Source of the DNA: Myxococcales bacterium
GTDB taxonomy: Bacteria > Myxococcota_A > Polyangia > Fen-1088
Length of the DNA: 64,000 nt
Reading direction: 5' to 3'
Assembly: GCA_031431215.1 (NCBI GenBank)
Contig: JANPCZ010000120.1
Location: forward strand, 5,871-69,870
In this document: positions 19,138 to 32,284 of the stretch, in pieces
How positions within the stretch are numbered: the first letter of the stretch is position 1
Layout: each line of letters begins with the position of its first letter
Translations under genes and position numbers: made by a program
The notes under the pieces: generated by a model
Databases searched by the model: none
The model's input: only the letters and a program-made list of their open reading frames with translations
What the model was told of the DNA's origin: nothing

Positions 19138-20204
19138 GGCCAGGGTCCCGGATCCTCCAGCGACAGGGTCTCCGGCAGTCCTAGCATGAGGTTCATGTTC
19201 TGGATCGCCTGTCCGGCGCCACCTTTGATGAGGTTGTCGGTCGCCGACTGCACCACCAGGGTGCGCGTGCCGCTTGCGGCGTCCGGCTCGCCCAGCGAAA
19301 AGCCGATCTCGGCGTAGTTCGAGCCTGCGACCGCGGCAACCTCGGGCAAGCGATCCTCGACGAAGCGGACGAAGGGCTCGCTGTCGTAGGCGCGCCGGTA
19401 GAGATCGGCCGCTGCCGCACGCGTCACGTCGGCGGGCACCTCGACGAAGCAGGTGGCCAGGATGCCCCGCGGGAGCGGCGCCGACACCGGCACGAAGCGC
19501 AGTTGCCACGGCGGCGCGCCCGCGCCCGCCGCCCGCGCCAGCGTTTCTATGATCTCGGGCGTGTGCTGGTGATCGAGCGGCTTGTAGCTCTTCAGGTTCA
19601 CGGCGCGCACCGGGTGGTGGGTGCCGGTACTGGGCACGACGCCGCTGCCCGACGAGCCGGTGATGCCGAGGACGGGCACCGGTCCACGCAGAAGGCCGGC
19701 CCGCGAAAGCGGCAACAGCGCAAGCTCGATGGTGGTCGCGAAACAGCCCGGCGACGCCACGGCGCGCGCCTGCCTTATGGCCTCGCGGTTGAGCTCGGGC
19801 AACCCGTAGACGAAGCTGCCGAGCAACTCGGGGTGCGGGTGCGGGGCACCATAGTAGCGTTCATAGGCGGCGGCACTGGTCAGGCGAAAGTCGCCCGACA
19901 TGTCGACGATCTTCGCGCCCGTGGCCAGCAACGCTGGCGCGAAGCCGGCGCTGACCTTGTGTGGTAGCCCCAGCAGCGCCACGTCGCATCCGGCGGCAGC
20001 CTCGGCCGGCGGCAGGTTCTCGAACCTGAGTGCCGTGCGCCCGGTCAGGGGCGGGTGCGCCGCTCCCAGCGGCTGGCCCACGAAATCGACGCTGGCCACG
20101 CGTACGAGCTCAACCTCGGGGTGAAGCAGGAGCCGACGGATCATCTCGGCGCCGCCGTAGCCGCTGCCGCCGATCACCGCAGCCTTGAATCGCTTCGTGG
20201 ACAT
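19134..20204 (-). CDS. argC: N-acetyl-gamma-glutamyl-phosphate reductase
   Basis: Rossmann AVIGGSGYGG and catalytic Cys in ASPGCFATT. ATG 20204. Confidence 0.9.
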   Translation of the reverse strand: MSTKRFKAAVIGGSGYGGAEMIRRLLLHPEVELVRVASVDFVGQPLGAAHPPLTGRTALRFENLPPAEAAAGCDVALLGLPHKVSAGFAPALLATGAKIVDMSGDFRLTSAAAYERYYGAPHPHPELLGSFVYGLPELNREAIRQARAVASPGCFATTIELALLPLSRAGLLRGPVPVLGITGSSGSGVVPSTGTHHPVRAVNLKSYKPLDHQHTPEIIETLARAAGAGAPPWQLRFVPVSAPLPRGILATCFVEVPADVTRAAAADLYRRAYDSEPFVRFVEDRLPEVAAVAGSNYAEIGFSLGEPDAASGTRTLVVQSATDNLIKGGAGQAIQNMNLMLGLPETLSLEDPGPWP

Positions 20205-20224
20205 TTCGCGCTAATCTTAGCCCT

Positions 20225-22021
20225 ATGAACGCCCCGGTAAGACGGATGAAGGTGATGGGGATGGTGCTTTGCTTGGCCGGGGGTCTGGCGATCGCGCCTA
20301 CGACTCCAAGCGCGGCGCCGGCGGCGAGCTCGGCGGAGCCCGAACAGCCCACGGGACTGCCGCCGATCTTTCCGCTCGCCGACGTCAAGCCTGGGCTTGT
20401 CGGCCTGGCCTGGACGGTATTCTCCGGCACCAAGCCCGAGCCGTTCAAGGTGCGGGTGGTGTCGGTGGTGCAGAACTTCGTGCCCCACCAGGACGTGATC
20501 CTGGTGAAGGCCGAGGATCCGCGCGTCGAGTTCTCCGGCATCGTCCAGGGCATGAGCGGCAGCCCGGTGTACATTGACGGCAAGTTGATGGGCGCCATCG
20601 CCTACGCCTGGTCGTTTTCGAAGTCGCCGCTCGCTGGCGTCACGCCCATCGAATCGATGCTGGGTGAGCGCACGCGCCCGCGCCGTCACAATGACGACGC
20701 GGTGGCCACCATGAGTCCCCGCACCGGCGTCGGCAGCGAGCTGCTGCCGGTATCGATCCCGTTGTCGGTGTCGGGGCTCTCCGACGGGGCGATGAGTCTG
20801 CTCACCGAGGATCTACGTCCGTTTGGTATCGTGCCGATGCGCGCAGGTGGCGGTGGCGGGCGCAGGCGCGCGCCCGGCGAATTGGCCGCAAAGATCGAGC
20901 CTGGCTCGGCCATTGGTGTGCAGCTGATCCGTGGCGACATGAACGCCTCCGGCATGGGCACCGTGACCTGGGTGAACGGCAACACCATTCTGGCGTTCGG
21001 CCACCCCATGTTCGGCAGCGGCGAGGTCAGCTTTCCCATGGTGACCGGCGAGGTCCACACCTTCATCCCCAGCCAGGCCACGTCCTTCAAGTTGGCGTCG
21101 CCGCTTATCGAGGTCGGCACTGTGGTGCAGGACCGACCGTCCGGCATCATGGGCGACCTGTCTCAGCAGGCCGTCATGATGCCGGTCGAGGTGCGGGTGA
21201 CGGCTCCCGGGGCCCCGATGCGGACGTTCCGAGCCGAAGTGGCCCGTAACAAGCGGCTGACGCCGTCGCTGGTCTCGGCCGTTGTCACCAGCGCCATTGC
21301 CGACACCGAGCCCGACGTGACCGAGATGGCCATTCGGCTCGACTCGCGCCTGGTGGTTCACGGCATGGGTCAGGTGGTCCTGAACGACCAAGTGTTCTCT
21401 CCCGAGGGCCTGTCGCCACGCGTGCTGCTCACAGCGCGAGGCCTGCGCGCGCTGGCCGAGATCCTCAACAACCCGTTCCAGCCCGCGGTGGTCGATCGCT
21501 ACGAGGTTGACGTGAAGATCGACTTTCGCAGCGACGTCGCCGAGATCCTCGCGGTGTCGCTACCCGGCGACGAGGTCAAGGCCGGTGACGTCCTGCCCCT
21601 GCGCGTGACCCTGCGCCCGTACGCGGGACAGGAATATGTCGAGACCATTCCGGTCACCATCCCGAAGCTGCTGGCCGGTCAGGCCGTCAAGGTAGAGGTC
21701 GCGTCGGGCGCCCTGGTGCGGCCCGATGTGCCCCGGCCCGAGAGCCTGCGCGGCTACATCGCCAACATGGCGGCCTTCTACACGGCGTCGTCGATCGTGG
21801 TCAGCCTCAGCACGCCCGACGACGGTGCCTCGTTGCGCGGCCGCCTGATCCCGAACCTGCCGCAGTCGGCGCTCGATACGCTGCGCCCGGGCAACCAGAC
21901 CCGCCGTGCCGACAATTACCGCGTCGCCGATCGCACGGTCTTTCCGTCGTCACGCCCGGTCGTCGGCCGCCAGGAGTTGACCGTCCTCGTCCGCGAGGAC
22001 AGCCTCGGACGTAACCGCTAG
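20225..22021 (+). CDS. Secreted peptidase S55 (SpoIVB)-like serine protease
   Basis: Signal peptide. Serine motif [12 protein letters not shown] resembles the SpoIVB catalytic-Ser context. A single motif recalled from memory, so only moderate confidence. Confidence 0.55.
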   Translation: MNAPVRRMKVMGMVLCLAGGLAIAPTTPSAAPAASSAEPEQPTGLPPIFPLADVKPGLVGLAWTVFSGTKPEPFKVRVVSVVQNFVPHQDVILVKAEDPRVEFSGIVQGMSGSPVYIDGKLMGAIAYAWSFSKSPLAGVTPIESMLGERTRPRRHNDDAVATMSPRTGVGSELLPVSIPLSVSGLSDGAMSLLTEDLRPFGIVPMRAGGGGGRRRAPGELAAKIEPGSAIGVQLIRGDMNASGMGTVTWVNGNTILAFGHPMFGSGEVSFPMVTGEVHTFIPSQATSFKLASPLIEVGTVVQDRPSGIMGDLSQQAVMMPVEVRVTAPGAPMRTFRAEVARNKRLTPSLVSAVVTSAIADTEPDVTEMAIRLDSRLVVHGMGQVVLNDQVFSPEGLSPRVLLTARGLRALAEILNNPFQPAVVDRYEVDVKIDFRSDVAEILAVSLPGDEVKAGDVLPLRVTLRPYAGQEYVETIPVTIPKLLAGQAVKVEVASGALVRPDVPRPESLRGYIANMAAFYTASSIVVSLSTPDDGASLRGRLIPNLPQSALDTLRPGNQTRRADNYRVADRTVFPSSRPVVGRQELTVLVREDSLGRNR

Positions 22022-23710
22022 CGCTAGCGCGTGTGCCGCCGGCGCCTGCGCTGGCAGACGACCCTGCCGCCACAGCGCCGCCTCGATGGCATCGAGCAAG
22101 GGCTGGGTAGAAGTGGCGTCGCATGCCGAAATGGCGATGGCACCACGCGCATCCAGGACACGCGCGCGATCCTCGGCCGACAGTCGATCGATCTTGTTGA
22201 GCACCAGGAGCCGCGGCGTCTCGGCCAGGTGCAGGTCGTTCAAGATGCGCTCGACGGCCTCGATGTGCAGGTCCTGGTCGGGATCGGCGGCGTCGGCAAT
22301 GTGCACCAGCAGGTCGGCCTCATCCAGTTCCTCCAGCGTCGCGCGGAATGCCTGGGCCAGATCCTTGGGCAACTCACGGATGAAACCAACGGTGTCGGCC
22401 AGAATGATCTCGCGCTCCCTGGGAAAGCGCAGCCGCCGCGTGGTTGGATCCAGCGTCGCGAACAGCTTGTCCTCGGCCAGCACCTCGCTGCGGGTCAACG
22501 TGTTGAGCAGCGTCGACTTTCCAGCGTTGGTGTAGCCGACGATCGCCACGATGGGCAGCCCGCGCGCCGTTCGTTGCGCCCGGCGTTCCTTCCGTTGCTG
22601 GCCAAAGCGATCGATCTCGCGCTCCAGCCGGTGGATACGCTCACGGGCTCGGCGGCGGTTCTCCTCCAGCTTGGTCTCGCCGGGGCCGCGGCCGCCAATG
22701 CCGCCAGTCAGACGGCTCATCATGGTGTTCTTCTCGTGCAGGCGTGGCAGCCGGTAGCGCAGTTGCGCAAGCTCAACCTGTAGCTTGCCGTCGCGGCTCT
22801 TGGCCCGCTGGGCGAAGATGTCGAGGATCAACATCGTGCGATCGATGACCTTCAGATCGGTGAAGTCGGCAATCGCGTGGGCCTGGCCCGGGGACAGTTC
22901 GGGATCGAAGATCAACACCCCCGCGTCGAGCTGCATGGCGCGCACCAGCACGTCCTCCAGCTTGCCGCGGCCGATCAGGTACTTCGGATCGGGCTCAGGG
23001 CGCCGCTGCTCGACCACGCCGGCCACGACGATGCCGGCGGTGCGGCACAGCTCGCGCAGTTCATCGACCCGGCTTTGCAGACCGGTGCGCGCGCCGGATT
23101 CGGCGCTACGGCGCCCGCGGGTCTCGATCACCACCAGCACGGCCCGGCCAGTGCCGCTGGTCGCCACCGTCGCAGCGCTGATGCGTTCGAACTCTTGCTC
23201 CAGCCCAGCGACCAGCTCGGCCGCGTCGACATCGGCCTGGTGAAACGGCACCGGCGGTAGCACCGCCCAGGGCTTGCCACCCTCGCGCGGCGGCAGCAGG
23301 TGGGCCACATGCAGATCTGCTGGGCGCCCCTCGCGCGACACGCCCACCGCCGCGACCAGATCAAGCCGCAGCAGCGCGAGGTCCACCAGGTCGTCGCGCG
23401 ACAGCGGCTCATTGCGCAGGTGGGTGTGCACCAGACGCAGCCCGCGGAACCGCCCGCGGCCAGCCCGGATACGGCCGAACTCGGGCATGTGAATGCGCGA
23501 CGCGTCCCCGACGAAGACATGTTCGATCTCGCCGCGTCGACTGACCAGGAGCCCGATCTGCCGTTCGAGCTCGCGCGAGATCTCGCACAGGTACGAGGCC
23601 AGCTCCACCGACACCACCTCTGCCGGCGCCAGACGGCGGCGGTACACACGCTCAAGGGCCTTGATCTGGCTCGGCTTGAGACCGACCAGATTCCCGGTCA
23701 CTTCATTCAT
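21950..23710 (-). CDS. hflX: GTPase HflX (with N-terminal extension)
   Basis: HflX N-domain then G domain with G1 [17 protein letters not shown] and NKID motifs. Confidence 0.9.
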   Translation of the reverse strand: MNEVTGNLVGLKPSQIKALERVYRRRLAPAEVVSVELASYLCEISRELERQIGLLVSRRGEIEHVFVGDASRIHMPEFGRIRAGRGRFRGLRLVHTHLRNEPLSRDDLVDLALLRLDLVAAVGVSREGRPADLHVAHLLPPREGGKPWAVLPPVPFHQADVDAAELVAGLEQEFERISAATVATSGTGRAVLVVIETRGRRSAESGARTGLQSRVDELRELCRTAGIVVAGVVEQRRPEPDPKYLIGRGKLEDVLVRAMQLDAGVLIFDPELSPGQAHAIADFTDLKVIDRTMLILDIFAQRAKSRDGKLQVELAQLRYRLPRLHEKNTMMSRLTGGIGGRGPGETKLEENRRRARERIHRLEREIDRFGQQRKERRAQRTARGLPIVAIVGYTNAGKSTLLNTLTRSEVLAEDKLFATLDPTTRRLRFPREREIILADTVGFIRELPKDLAQAFRATLEELDEADLLVHIADAADPDQDLHIEAVERILNDLHLAETPRLLVLNKIDRLSAEDRARVLDARGAIAISACDATSTQPLLDAIEAALWRQGRLPAQAPAAHALALAVTSEAVLADEDGQLLAADDRA

Positions 23711-23759
23711 CGGCGGCCGGATGTTCGATCACCGCACGGCCACCTTGCGGCACGTCCGA

Positions 23760-26189
23760 TCAGGTGGCGCTTTCTTCCGACGTCGGTTTCTGTGGCACGC
23801 CAGTGGCCGGCTGCTGCGGGCTCACGCCGCGCTCCTCCAGCAACGTGAGAGCCACCGCCAGCGCCCGCTTCGCCTTGTCGATAACTTTGTCGTCCGAGCG
23901 CAGCTTCTGGAACGCCTTGAGAACCTGATCCTCGTATTCGGCCACTTTGGCCTCAAGCTCAGCGATGCGGTCGCGCGCCTGCGCCAGCCGCACGTCGCGA
24001 TCGCGAAGGTCGGCGCGCGCGGCATCCAGGTCGGCTTCGTGCCCGGCGATCTTGCGATAGGCCTCGGACAGCTCCTCGGTGCGCGCGGCCAGATCGCCCT
24101 CGGCGCGCGCGGCGCGCTGGTGCGCCTGATCGATCTCTCCGCGGTGCCGCTCAGACAGCGCGCTCCTTTCTTCAAAGCCGCGGCGATCCATCTCGGCGAC
24201 CTGTGTCTGGTGCTCGCTCTCGCGCGCCTTGATCTCGCTCCGACGCCGCGCCTCCGCTGCTTCTAGCTCGGCCACCTTGCCGGCTTCGGCCTCGACCAGC
24301 TCTTTTTGGCGCCGCTCCTCCGCCGCGACCAACTCCTCCTCGTGGCGGCGACGTAGGCCCAGGATCTCGTTCTTGTGGTCACGCTCCTTCGCGTCGATGG
24401 CGGCCTGGTGCGCCTGTCGCTCGGCAGCCAGTTGCACAGCCTGCTCCTCCTTGGCCGACGCCAGCGCCTTGTCGTGATCGCGCCGCAGCCGTGCCGCCTC
24501 CCCTGAAGCCCGGTCGTTCGCCGCCGCCAACTCGTCGGCCGCGCGTTTCCTGTCGGACTCGAGCTCCGACGTCAGCGAGTTCGTGACTCGCGACAACTCG
24601 CCTTCGTACTCCCGTTCGCGCGCTGCCGCCGTCGCGGTGCGCTCGTCGGTCAGACGGGCAGTCTCGGCGCGGTGACCCTCCTCGATCTCGGCGAGGCGGC
24701 CCTCGAAACCTTCCTGCAGCTTGTCGATATCGGCCCGCGCACGTTCCTCCACGGCGCCGACGCGCTTCTTGAGGGCATCGACCTCCTCGTGCGCCTTCTG
24801 GATCTCGGTCAACGCGCTGTCGAGGCGCGCCTTCAACCCCTTCTCACGCTCGATGGACTTGTCCTTGTCCTGCTGCAGTGCCACCAGGCGCTCGTTGGCG
24901 CCCATCAGGGTCTTCTCGATGCCGAGGCTCTTCTCCTCCAGATCCCGGCGCGCGCGCTCGTGCTCGCGGATGCGATCCTTGTGGTCGAGGATCTGCCGTT
25001 CTCGCGCGTCGAGCGCGTCCCGTACGTCGAGGAGATCCTTCTCCTTGCGGTTGATGATCTCGCGGAAGGACAGCAGGTCCTTCTCCTTCGATAGGGGCTG
25101 CGACGCCAGCCGGGTCTTGGCCTCCTCGAGCTCACTTGCCAGCCTGTGCCGGTCGGCCTCCATGTCGCGCAGACGCGCCTCTAGCTGTGTGACCCGCGCG
25201 TCGTCCCCAGGCTCCGACGACGGTCGCCTCGGCACAGGCGGCGGCGCGGGGGATGCAGCGGCCAGCGGCGGCGGGGTATCGCTGTAGGCCGGCTCGATGC
25301 TGACCTCGTCGGGCAACGGTGGCACGTCACCACCGTCGAAGGGGAAGATGTAGCTCTCGCTGGTCTGCGACGGTGCCAGCTCTGGCTCGATCCCCACGAC
25401 GGACGGCGGCGTCACCGGCGCGGCGGGTAGGTCGAACGGAGGCGACGGGGAGGCGCGCGTCGGTTCCGCGGTGTTCCAGCCACCGTCCTCGGTGCTGCTC
25501 CACGGCGACGGCGGCGCCGGCGCGGCTGTTCCGGCCACCGATCCGACCCTGCCGACCTTGCCGACTCTGTCGACTTTGTCGGACTCGGGCGCCTGCAGCG
25601 CCGCGAAGGCCGCATCGGTCTCCTTGTCGAAGATCGATTCCAGCTCGGGGTTGGCACCGAATGGCGTGGCGGGAGGGGCAGTCGAGGGGGCGACCGCTTT
25701 GGCCGCGATCGGCCCCGACTTGCTTTGTTCCTCGACGATGTCGCTATCGATGATCGAGATCTCTTCTTCGGAGTCCGTCGATAGGATGATTTCCTCGGAC
25801 GTGTTCGACGGGTCCGTCAGCGGGCATAGCTGGCCGATCTTGTCGGCAAGCTCATGCTTGTCGAGCGGCTTGAGCACGTACTCGTTGGCGCGCGATTTGA
25901 GCTTCTTGTGTTGCTCGAAGGTCTGCAGCGTCTCCTCGGCCGAGGTCAGGATCAGCGGAACATCCTTGAGTTCGTTGCTGCGCTTGATCTTGTTGCAGAT
26001 CGCGTAGCCGACCTTGCGCGGCTCGACGCAAACGATGATCAGATGGGGCGGGTTCTTGCGACCCGCCTCGATGGCCTGTTCCCCATTCGCAATGCTTTGG
26101 ACGAAGAACCCCAGCGGTTCCGCGGCCGCCCGGATGGTTGCCACGGCGGCTTCGTCCTGATCGACACATATCAGCGTGCGCGTCGCCAT
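23760..26189 (-). CDS. FrzS/AglZ-like protein: pseudo-receiver domain, Pro-rich linker and long coiled-coil
   Basis: N-terminal CheY-like fold lacking the phosphoacceptor Asp (HLIIVCVEP where LxxLDxxMP is expected) but retaining PLILTSAEE. Then a PPxP-rich linker and roughly 450 aa of heptad-rich Glu/Arg/Ala coiled-coil. Confidence 0.7.
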   Translation of the reverse strand: MATRTLICVDQDEAAVATIRAAAEPLGFFVQSIANGEQAIEAGRKNPPHLIIVCVEPRKVGYAICNKIKRSNELKDVPLILTSAEETLQTFEQHKKLKSRANEYVLKPLDKHELADKIGQLCPLTDPSNTSEEIILSTDSEEEISIIDSDIVEEQSKSGPIAAKAVAPSTAPPATPFGANPELESIFDKETDAAFAALQAPESDKVDRVGKVGRVGSVAGTAAPAPPSPWSSTEDGGWNTAEPTRASPSPPFDLPAAPVTPPSVVGIEPELAPSQTSESYIFPFDGGDVPPLPDEVSIEPAYSDTPPPLAAASPAPPPVPRRPSSEPGDDARVTQLEARLRDMEADRHRLASELEEAKTRLASQPLSKEKDLLSFREIINRKEKDLLDVRDALDARERQILDHKDRIREHERARRDLEEKSLGIEKTLMGANERLVALQQDKDKSIEREKGLKARLDSALTEIQKAHEEVDALKKRVGAVEERARADIDKLQEGFEGRLAEIEEGHRAETARLTDERTATAAAREREYEGELSRVTNSLTSELESDRKRAADELAAANDRASGEAARLRRDHDKALASAKEEQAVQLAAERQAHQAAIDAKERDHKNEILGLRRRHEEELVAAEERRQKELVEAEAGKVAELEAAEARRRSEIKARESEHQTQVAEMDRRGFEERSALSERHRGEIDQAHQRAARAEGDLAARTEELSEAYRKIAGHEADLDAARADLRDRDVRLAQARDRIAELEAKVAEYEDQVLKAFQKLRSDDKVIDKAKRALAVALTLLEERGVSPQQPATGVPQKPTSEESAT

Positions 26190-26254
26190 GATGAGCCCGG
26201 GAAGTTACTACGGATGCCGCTCGGCAACCAGCGTCGTGACCGCGCCCAAGGCCG

Positions 26255-27022
26255 CTACTGTCGCTGCTGGAAAACCGCGTTCAGGAAGCCGGACAGCGAG
26301 TCCTCGTCCAGATCGCCGGTAAAAATGTAGTAAAGCCCGTCCCGATCGCGAAAGGCAGCCGCGGAGGCACCCTGCTGGTTGACGAAATGGACGTCGCGGC
26401 CATACATCTCGCGCCGGCTGGAACCGCCCATCGGCTCGTCCTCGGCGTCGAACACCATCATGCCCAGTCGATGCCCAGTGCTGGCCTGGTAGGTCAGGTA
26501 GGCACCTAGCCGGTCGTGTACGTTGACCAGCCGGCCACCCTGGCAGGTGGCCAGTTTGCCAAGCGACGGCGGTTGCAGCGAGAAATCGACCCGCCCGCGG
26601 AACCAGTCGGCGATGAGGCCGCAATTCGAGCCCGATACGTCCATCGGCATGGCGGCGTTGTACGTCCGTAGTGCCTGCGCGAACACCCGTGACGTTCGGC
26701 CCCGTGCGCCCAGCAGTATCACCAACAGCAGCCCAGCCGCGGCCGCCGCTGGGGCAAGGCGCGGGAAACTGTGCCAGGGCCAGTGGCGCCGAATCGCCGG
26801 TGCCGCATCCAGGGCCAGTCGGATTCGCTCGTCCAGGCGCGCCGGCACCGGCCGCCGCGACAGATGCCCGCGCACCGCCGCCTTGAAGCGCGATTGCAGG
26901 CGGCATGACCGCTGGCACTCGCTGCAGTCCGACAGATGCTTCTCGTACGTGCTTCGATCGGTTCCGGCCAGCTCACCATCCACGTAGGCATGGATGAAGG
27001 TTCCTGCCTCGGAACAGTTCAT
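26255..27022 (-). CDS. Anti-sigma factor, zf-HC2 type, membrane-spanning
   Basis: MNCSEAGTFIHAYVDGELAG...HLSDCSECQ zinc-finger anti-sigma motif. ATG 27022 overlaps the sigma gene's TGA (ATGA). One TM helix. Confidence 0.7.
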   Translation of the reverse strand: MNCSEAGTFIHAYVDGELAGTDRSTYEKHLSDCSECQRSCRLQSRFKAAVRGHLSRRPVPARLDERIRLALDAAPAIRRHWPWHSFPRLAPAAAAAGLLLVILLGARGRTSRVFAQALRTYNAAMPMDVSGSNCGLIADWFRGRVDFSLQPPSLGKLATCQGGRLVNVHDRLGAYLTYQASTGHRLGMMVFDAEDEPMGGSSRREMYGRDVHFVNQQGASAAAFRDRDGLYYIFTGDLDEDSLSGFLNAVFQQRQ

Positions 27023-27675
27023 GAACGCGAGGCCTCTCCCTTGCGCTTGCGGTAGCTGTCCAGGCTGACCGGCTGGTCGGGATCGGAGGCCCCCGCCGCG
27101 GTGTTTTCGCGCACGATGCCTTGATCGATGGCGTACTGGTACAGCAAGCGCTGCAGGATCTTGCGGCCCCGGTACAGGCGGCTCATGACTGTGCCGGCCG
27201 GGCAATCCATGATCTCGGCGATCTCCTTGTACGAGAAGTCCTCGAGATCGGCGAGCACCACCGCCAGGCGGAATTCGCTCGGCACCTCGGCAAGCGCACG
27301 CTCGACGTCGGAGGACAGCATGCGCCCGAGCAGGGCCCCCTCGACATCTTGCGGCTCGTCGGTCACGAACCGGCTCAGGTTCGCTGACGAGGACTCGACT
27401 TCGGTCAGGATCTGGTGCTCGCGCTCGCGCTCGCGGTACTTGTTGCAAAAGACGTTGGTCATGATCCGGAACAGCCACGCCTTGCAGCTGGTACCGAGCT
27501 CGAACGTGCCGAAGAAACGGTACGCGCGCAGCAGGGTCTCTTGCACCAGATCCTCGGCATCACCCTCGCTCCGGCACAGCCGCAGGGCCGCCCCGTACAA
27601 CGCCTGCAGATGAGGTAGAGCCTCGCGCTCGAAGTCGAGTCGGGAGGGCGGCACGCGCGGCACGATGGAATTCAT
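27019..27675 (-). CDS. ECF-type RNA polymerase sigma factor
   Basis: Sigma-70 region 2 (DLVQETLLRAYRFF) and region 4 (LEDFSYKEIAEIMDCPAGTVMSRLYRGR). Confidence 0.85.
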   Translation of the reverse strand: MNSIVPRVPPSRLDFEREALPHLQALYGAALRLCRSEGDAEDLVQETLLRAYRFFGTFELGTSCKAWLFRIMTNVFCNKYREREREHQILTEVESSSANLSRFVTDEPQDVEGALLGRMLSSDVERALAEVPSEFRLAVVLADLEDFSYKEIAEIMDCPAGTVMSRLYRGRKILQRLLYQYAIDQGIVRENTAAGASDPDQPVSLDSYRKRKGEASRS

Positions 27676-27708
27676 GAAGCCAGGGAAGCAACCGCTGGCG
27701 GTCGCGAA

Positions 27709-29016
27709 TTATTTCGCGTCCGTCGAACCATCCGGGCTCACGGGCGGCGGCATTTCGGTCCCTGCGTCGCCACCACCCTCGATCGCGGCGGGGCATTCTA
27801 TCTTCTGCAAATAGCGCAGATTTTCCGCAGGGTTCGCGCCGATTTTGTCCAGGTAGGTAACCCACATGACATTTATCCCCGGCCAGGCCGAGATGGGACC
27901 CAAATCCTGCTGATCGGTGCTGAGTTGCAGATCCTTCTTGATTCGCCTGCCGAATGCGTCAAAGCGCCGCACGAACGGTCCACGCTGGCGGTTGACGGCA
28001 TCGAACAAGATCCCGAAGTCGCGCGACATGCTGGCGACGCAGGCGACCTTAGGTTGCTTGGCCGCGCCGCCGAAGCGGACCGCGCCAGCGACGGAATCGG
28101 GGTTCACGCTGCGGGCGATCGAGTTGTAGTCGGCGAAGTAGGTGCCGTCAGGGTTTTGCCAGCTGACCACATAGCCCTTGGGCGTGGGACCGGACGCGAC
28201 CGGGCAGTCGGCGTCGGTGGTGTGCAGACCGACCTTGTGCGACAGGGGGTTGCCGCCGTCGTCGTTGTATTCGGCCATGTGCCACCACGGCTTCTGCGTG
28301 GTGCCGGCCTTGCCGGGCTCGATCGCGCTGACACCCAGATCGGTGCGGCTGGGGGCGATGGCGAGGCACTTCCAGCCGGTGGGCGCGCTGGTCCAAGCGA
28401 GCGGCATGACCACGGTCTCGCCGTCGGCCTTGAGGGTCTGCACCGTCGGCGCCACGCCGGATCCCTCGAAGCCCCAGGACAAGAGCGCAGACTTTCCCGT
28501 GCGCGAGCTGCCCATGACGACCCGGAGGTCCTTCTTTGCGATATCCAGCCCAAGGCCCATTGGCAACGCGGCCAGACTCTTGGGCGCGGACAGCGTGCCG
28601 TCCGGGTCCTGCGCCACCACCTGGAATTCTAGTTGATTGGTCGCCCCGGCTTTGGGGGCCAGATAGACGATGAGCAACTGATCACCGGGGGCGCTCTTGC
28701 CAACCAGGGCGAACCACGGACCGAGCCCGCCCGCGCGCTCTGGCACCGTTGCCATAATTTGGGTGCCGAGCATGCCGTCCTCGCTGAGGCGCGCCCAGCG
28801 CAGGGTCTTGCCGTCGTCCGCCTGCGCTATCAGGACGAACCCATCGGCGATGCGATCTAGGCGCACATTGCTCGAAAGCGTGAGCGCGTTCTTGGCCAGC
28901 GGGATCTCCGCCTTGGCGAGGCATCCGGTGGCAGTACTGTCTTCACAACCCAGGTTGGTCAGGGTGGCGAGAACCGCGGCGGTGAAAAGAAGGCCGGATT
29001 TGCGAGCGGTTACCAT
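27709..29016 (-). CDS. Lipoprotein, function unknown
   Basis: Trimmed to ATG 29016 (MVTARKSGLLFTAAVLATLTNLGC, lipobox). No recognisable domain. Confidence 0.5.
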   Translation of the reverse strand: MVTARKSGLLFTAAVLATLTNLGCEDSTATGCLAKAEIPLAKNALTLSSNVRLDRIADGFVLIAQADDGKTLRWARLSEDGMLGTQIMATVPERAGGLGPWFALVGKSAPGDQLLIVYLAPKAGATNQLEFQVVAQDPDGTLSAPKSLAALPMGLGLDIAKKDLRVVMGSSRTGKSALLSWGFEGSGVAPTVQTLKADGETVVMPLAWTSAPTGWKCLAIAPSRTDLGVSAIEPGKAGTTQKPWWHMAEYNDDGGNPLSHKVGLHTTDADCPVASGPTPKGYVVSWQNPDGTYFADYNSIARSVNPDSVAGAVRFGGAAKQPKVACVASMSRDFGILFDAVNRQRGPFVRRFDAFGRRIKKDLQLSTDQQDLGPISAWPGINVMWVTYLDKIGANPAENLRYLQKIECPAAIEGGGDAGTEMPPPVSPDGSTDAK

Positions 29017-29083
29017 CTTTTCCCCAAAAGTAAGTTGCGTCACATCTTACGGGCAGCTGGGTCCGAACGCGAGCGCGGGTTGA

Positions 29084-32122
<3,039 letters not shown>

Positions 32123-32284
32123 GCGGAGCTCGACCTGCGCTGCGGCAGGGGGCGAAACTTATTGCGCTCGCCGCGCCGGCGCAAGCGAATCACCGCCGGT
32201 CGATGCTGGTTCGCTGCCGGTTCGGGAGGGATGAACTTCTGGGCCCGCCGTGGGAGAAAGCTGCTTTGCGACGGAGGATCCACG

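Noticed and set aside
18289-19509. N-terminal extensions in the ORF track: argB 406 aa, anmK 470 aa, dapB 408 aa, NTase 451 aa, tlpA 255 aa, DUF502 228 aa, esterase 695 aa and anti-sigma 407 aa (illustrative range shown: argB)
   Set aside because: The extensions overlap upstream genes in other frames and are Arg/Gly-rich. Internal starts coincide with stop/start abutment, signal peptides or family N-termini, so the features were trimmed.
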